A stretch of DNA of 64,000 nucleotides from positions 23,064,001 through 23,128,000 of the forward strand of contig OZ024740.1 in assembly GCA_964016885.1 (NCBI GenBank), given 5' to 3'. The position numbers and the translations under genes are program-made. Of this stretch, positions 59,837 through 64,000 are shown piece by piece. Position 1 is the stretch's first letter. Every line of letters starts with the position of its first letter. The stretch is from Eledone cirrhosa (Eukaryota). The notes under the pieces were generated by a model that saw only the letters and a program-made list of their open reading frames with translations, had not been told where the DNA came from and did no database searches.

Positions 59837-60853
59837 TAGGAACGAGTAGGACCCCGACGGCTGAGCTCAAGCCGTTTCGACGGCTAATTCTGGACTAAAT
59901 GAAAATTTTTATCCTGGTATTTGAATAGCCGAGCTTCTCAAGGGGTAATTCCATATATGGTCAAAGTGAATGTCACAAGGATTGGTCAAAAGTTTGTTGT
60001 TGAGACATAATAATTCTATGATGGCAATTTGTGGAGGTAAGGGGTAGCTAAACCTGCCAGTAGGAGAAAGAGGGAGAGGGGTGGAGGAGACCCATACATG
60101 CGTTGATAGTGCCGACTACAGCTGGGCATGAGGTCAAAGAAGAAGATAATAGGGAGGGGCAGGGGGAGGAAGTCAAAACAATAAGTAGAACAATAAGGTG
60201 TAAATATATAGAAAAATACTGAGAGTGTTAAAAGGCAATTAAATGTAAAAAAAATAAAATAAAATAAACAATTTCTGGTTACTACGACTTAAGTCTCTCA
60301 CTGGTACTGCTGGGCTAAAAAAATATACTAGGTGGGACGGAATTATAATGAGACCCTTTTAAGAGGTATAAGTAATAAACCGAGTATATCTTACGGTGAC
60401 GGGTCAACAAGTGAGGGGCAGTTTAGCTACCCCTTCCCTCCACAAATTGCCATCATAGAATTATTATGTCTCAACAACAAACTTTTGACCAATCCTTGTG
60501 ACAATCACTTTGACCATATATGGAATTACCCCTTGAGAAGCTCGGCTATTCAAATACCAGGATAAAAATGTTCATTTAGTCCAGAATTAGCCGTCGAAAC
60601 GGCTTGAGCTCAGCCGTCGGGGTCCTACTCGTTCCTATTACCCACTCTACTACCCTAAGTATTGAGTACTTTGGTGCGTTATGGTCCACCTGGTTCCTTA
60701 CCACATTTCCTCCGTTATATATATATATATAGGAAAAATATGACCCGACGGCAGAGCTCAAGGGATCATACTTTTTCCTATTTCCCACTCTACTAAGTAT
60801 TGAGTACCCTGGTGCATTATGGTCCATCTAGTTCCTTACCACAATTCCTTTGT
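59837..60853. mobile_element. Family A PLE termini in inverted orientation plus a small rearranged copy
   Basis: 59837-60055 is the reverse complement of about 60415-60637; (TA)n at outer ends. Confidence 0.8.
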
Positions 60854-60877
60854 TATATATATATATATACATATATA

Positions 60878-61206
60878 TCCTCGGTCTTGCTCTTCTAGTG
60901 TGTCCATGCAGGGGCTCCCACAGGAGCACTGAGTGCAGTGTCAACTCTGGATGTCGGTGAGCATGTCCAGCTAACCCCAGTCTCCTCTGTGCTACTCTCG
61001 AGCTGACTTTTGGGAGGCTCCCGTACACCTCTGAGTTCTTCATCCTCAGTGAGCACCCATCCACCATCTGAGTGAGTTTCTTGGTCAGTGTCCAAGTCTC
61101 AGACCCGTACAGCAGCACGGACTACGCAGGACATTGCAGCGATGATGAGGACAGAGACCGCTGGAGAGAATTCGTCCATGGATCTCGGGAATTTTACCCG
61201 CCCTAG
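60878..61206 (-). mobile_element. RTE-clade LINE fragment with an inverted 3' piece
   Basis: LLYGSETWTLTKK, RRLGLAGHAHRHPE, LLWEP..RARPR on minus; DRDRWREFV..* on plus at 61145-61206. Confidence 0.75.
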
Positions 61207-62054
61207 ACATAGTAGTTTTCTTTACTCTCCTGCACAACGAGATCTGCCCGTCTCTCTTTTTTAAATGACTTTTTTTCATGAATTTTGTTTGTATATTTTT
61301 GTTTTAATATTTCCATCATTGTACAACTTCTGTCTGTAAAATAATGTTAATAAAATATGTTTAGGTTTAACAGATAGCAAACTAAAATATAAAACATTTG
61401 TAGATTATTACCTCAGCCGAGATATTTCCCTTCCTTAATCAGAATGATTAACTAGTTTCTCACATGACAGTTGACGTTAGAAAACGAAGATATAAGCCTT
61501 AATCTCTTTTAAATGAGTAACTCAGAGATGTGAAGATTAAGGTTCACATTTCCAATTGAAGTAACTTTTCGATATGCGATATTTATATATTTTCTGTTTC
61601 AGTATCTTTCAACAGCAGCGGTAATTAAAGGCTAGGCTTCTTAGACGTTAACACACGCTAGTTTACATTTATCAGCAGTAGTACTAACACAGTGTGGTTC
61701 CTAATGGAAGTGTATATCGAGGTGTATACGATATGTGAGTAAACATTACCGATGGCGGATAAAAACCCAGAAATATATATCTGGCGTTCTCGCACAGCTA
61801 CATTGATAGCTTAAAACATTCATACATATAAAAATACCGTATATACATTCGTATACACCTATATATATATATATAGTGATAGAACACTGGTGGGTTATAT
61901 CAACAGTAGCTGAGCACTCAGTCCATGGGACGAGTTTGGTAGTAGCAGTTCCACAACAGTTAATACACACAATCCGAGAACAATTTGTTTCACCATGTTC
62001 TCAGAAATGGTGCATTAACTGTCGTGGAACTACTTATGTGTGTGTGTGTGTATG

Positions 62055-62116
<62 letters not shown>

Positions 62117-62170
62117 CTTTTCAGTCGAGCATCGTATTTATATAAGTGTGTGTTTGCGTATATATGTATG

Positions 62171-62256
<86 letters not shown>

Positions 62257-62430
62257 TTGAAAAGATAACAAGGACGATTGGTTACTCCTTCATTACATTT
62301 ATTGGTAGGTGTCGCGCGTTTCGCCACTGATCAGCTCAAGGTTCGATCTGTATCGATCTTACCCGACTCTATAATCGGCAGCTCGACGGACACTGAAGTG
62401 CCTGCAGTAACTTCAAGTTACACTCCCTAG

Positions 62431-62484
<54 letters not shown>

Positions 62485-63039
62485 AGGAATTGACGAACCC
62501 ACCATATTTATCAATGCCAGGACCGGTTGTATCTCAGCGTACTCAATAGGCAATGTAAGATACATTCCCAGAGTATACACATAGTTGTTCGCTTCAATAC
62601 AACACACGTAAAACGGGTGTCTATACTAGTTCCCGGTCTATAGTGTCGGCCTCACATGATGCAGCGGTAGGGTGCACTGCACCCTCTGTCTGCATATATT
62701 ATGCAACAATGCATAATCGGCGTATGTGGCTTCATCAGCGGGTATCGCCTAATCAATAACCAATTAATCGACAGAATCCTAACACCAGCCCATCCCGGCT
62801 GTAACTGTATTTGACGGCCGACACAGTAAAGTGATTAGCAACTGGAATCCGATACAATTCTGTCTCCCGACCAGCCACCGATTTACAAACTTTACGTGGT
62901 GGTGGGAGAATAGAAAACAAATCTTTTCGTACCCGTCAAAAGACATCAGCCAACATGCCTCAAACACAAATTAATAAGAAGTGAAAAGCTATATATATAT
63001 ATTTATACACATATATACGCACGCACAAACTTATATAAA

Positions 63040-63212
63040 TACGAGGGTCGACTGAAAAGTTCATAGGCTGACTATGAAGTATTGTTGCTAGATCAGTGAA
63101 ATCTTGCATGCATTAATTTCAAATCATTTTTATGGATTGTTCCTTTCCACGGGTTATGTTGAAAAATAAACCTCATTTGGTTAATCCATGAACTTTTCAG
63201 CTGACCCTCGTA
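63040..63212. mobile_element. Mariner-type MITE
   Basis: TA-CGAGGGTCGACTGAAAAGTTCAT ... ATGAACTTTTCAGCTGACCCTCG-TA; solo end at about 62112-62136. Confidence 0.85.
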
Positions 63213-63305
63213 TATATATAAGACCCTCTTGCTATATGAAGCGTTAATCTAATATATCCCTTCCATATACTGTACCGATTATGTTGTTATTTCTGTTTAC
63301 CTTTT

Positions 63306-63415
<110 letters not shown>

Positions 63416-63622
63416 AGTTATTCTGGGTTCAATCGGGGGTAACAACAGTAAGTAAGGTACTCAATACATAGCAGAGTATAAATGTTTCATATAGAAAAGC
63501 TTCTACAGGACTAAAACTGTTTCATTCGTGAGAAATCATCAGCTATTAAAACTGTTATGCTCGGCTATGTATTGAGTACCTTACTTACTCTGGTTACCTC
63601 CGATTCTACCGGGAATAACTTA
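63416..63622. mobile_element. Family B fold-back with hammerhead core at 63499-63542 (minus)
   Basis: CTGATGA-TTTC(TCAC)GAAT-GAAA-CAG..CTG-TA-GAAGC; 5' stem I strand lost at the inversion point. Confidence 0.75.
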
Positions 63623-63679
63623 AGGGCGGTGCCCCAGCATGGCCTCAGCCGGATGGCTGAAACAGGTAAAAGAGGTAAA

Positions 63680-63761
<82 letters not shown>

Positions 63762-63784
63762 GTATATATATATATATATATATA

Positions 63785-64000
63785 TATTTCGTTTCTGAAT
63801 TTGCTTAGCAAGATTCTTTATCTGAAAACGTGTGTTGAAATCGATATTGTTATACTTTGGGAGGGTCATGTTGCCAATAAGGAACACACGCACCAGTAGT
63901 TTTACTTCAATTTATTATAATAAATTCATAAATTTAGGAATTTATAAATTTCCGTTTGGTTGGTTGGTTCCACAACCAGATGATTGATTATATATTGTCA
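63785..64000 (-). mobile_element. Naiad-related PLE terminus (same family as 27225-27715), runs off the window
   Basis: Matches 27240-27327 directly and 27495-27605 in reverse complement. Confidence 0.75.

Overview
Eukaryotic, extremely microsatellite-rich DNA with no convincing host gene. The tRNA-derived Meta-domain SINE and the (TA)n/(CA)n density resemble an octopus/cephalopod genome (inference). Almost all ORF-track entries are translated simple repeats. The real content is transposon-derived: three types of Penelope-like retroelement (PLE; Neptune-like, Naiad-like and a Nematis-like GIY-YIG missed by the ORF track), a Tx1/L1-type LINE lacking its RT core, CR1 and RTE 3' fragments, a Tc1/mariner relic, a mariner MITE, a head-to-tail array of non-autonomous Helitrons and several SINEs. 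The most striking pattern is about 25 type I hammerhead ribozyme (HHR) motifs of many unrelated sequence families. Most sit in short (0.1-0.8 kb) cassettes, often fold-back/palindromic, whose outer ends abut (TA)n tracts. Several have recurring non-canonical cores (U3-A8 covariation, U4C, A13C, U.U at the base of stem II, and a multi-copy AGAAUUA core). All folds and coordinates were read by eye; boundaries are approximate.
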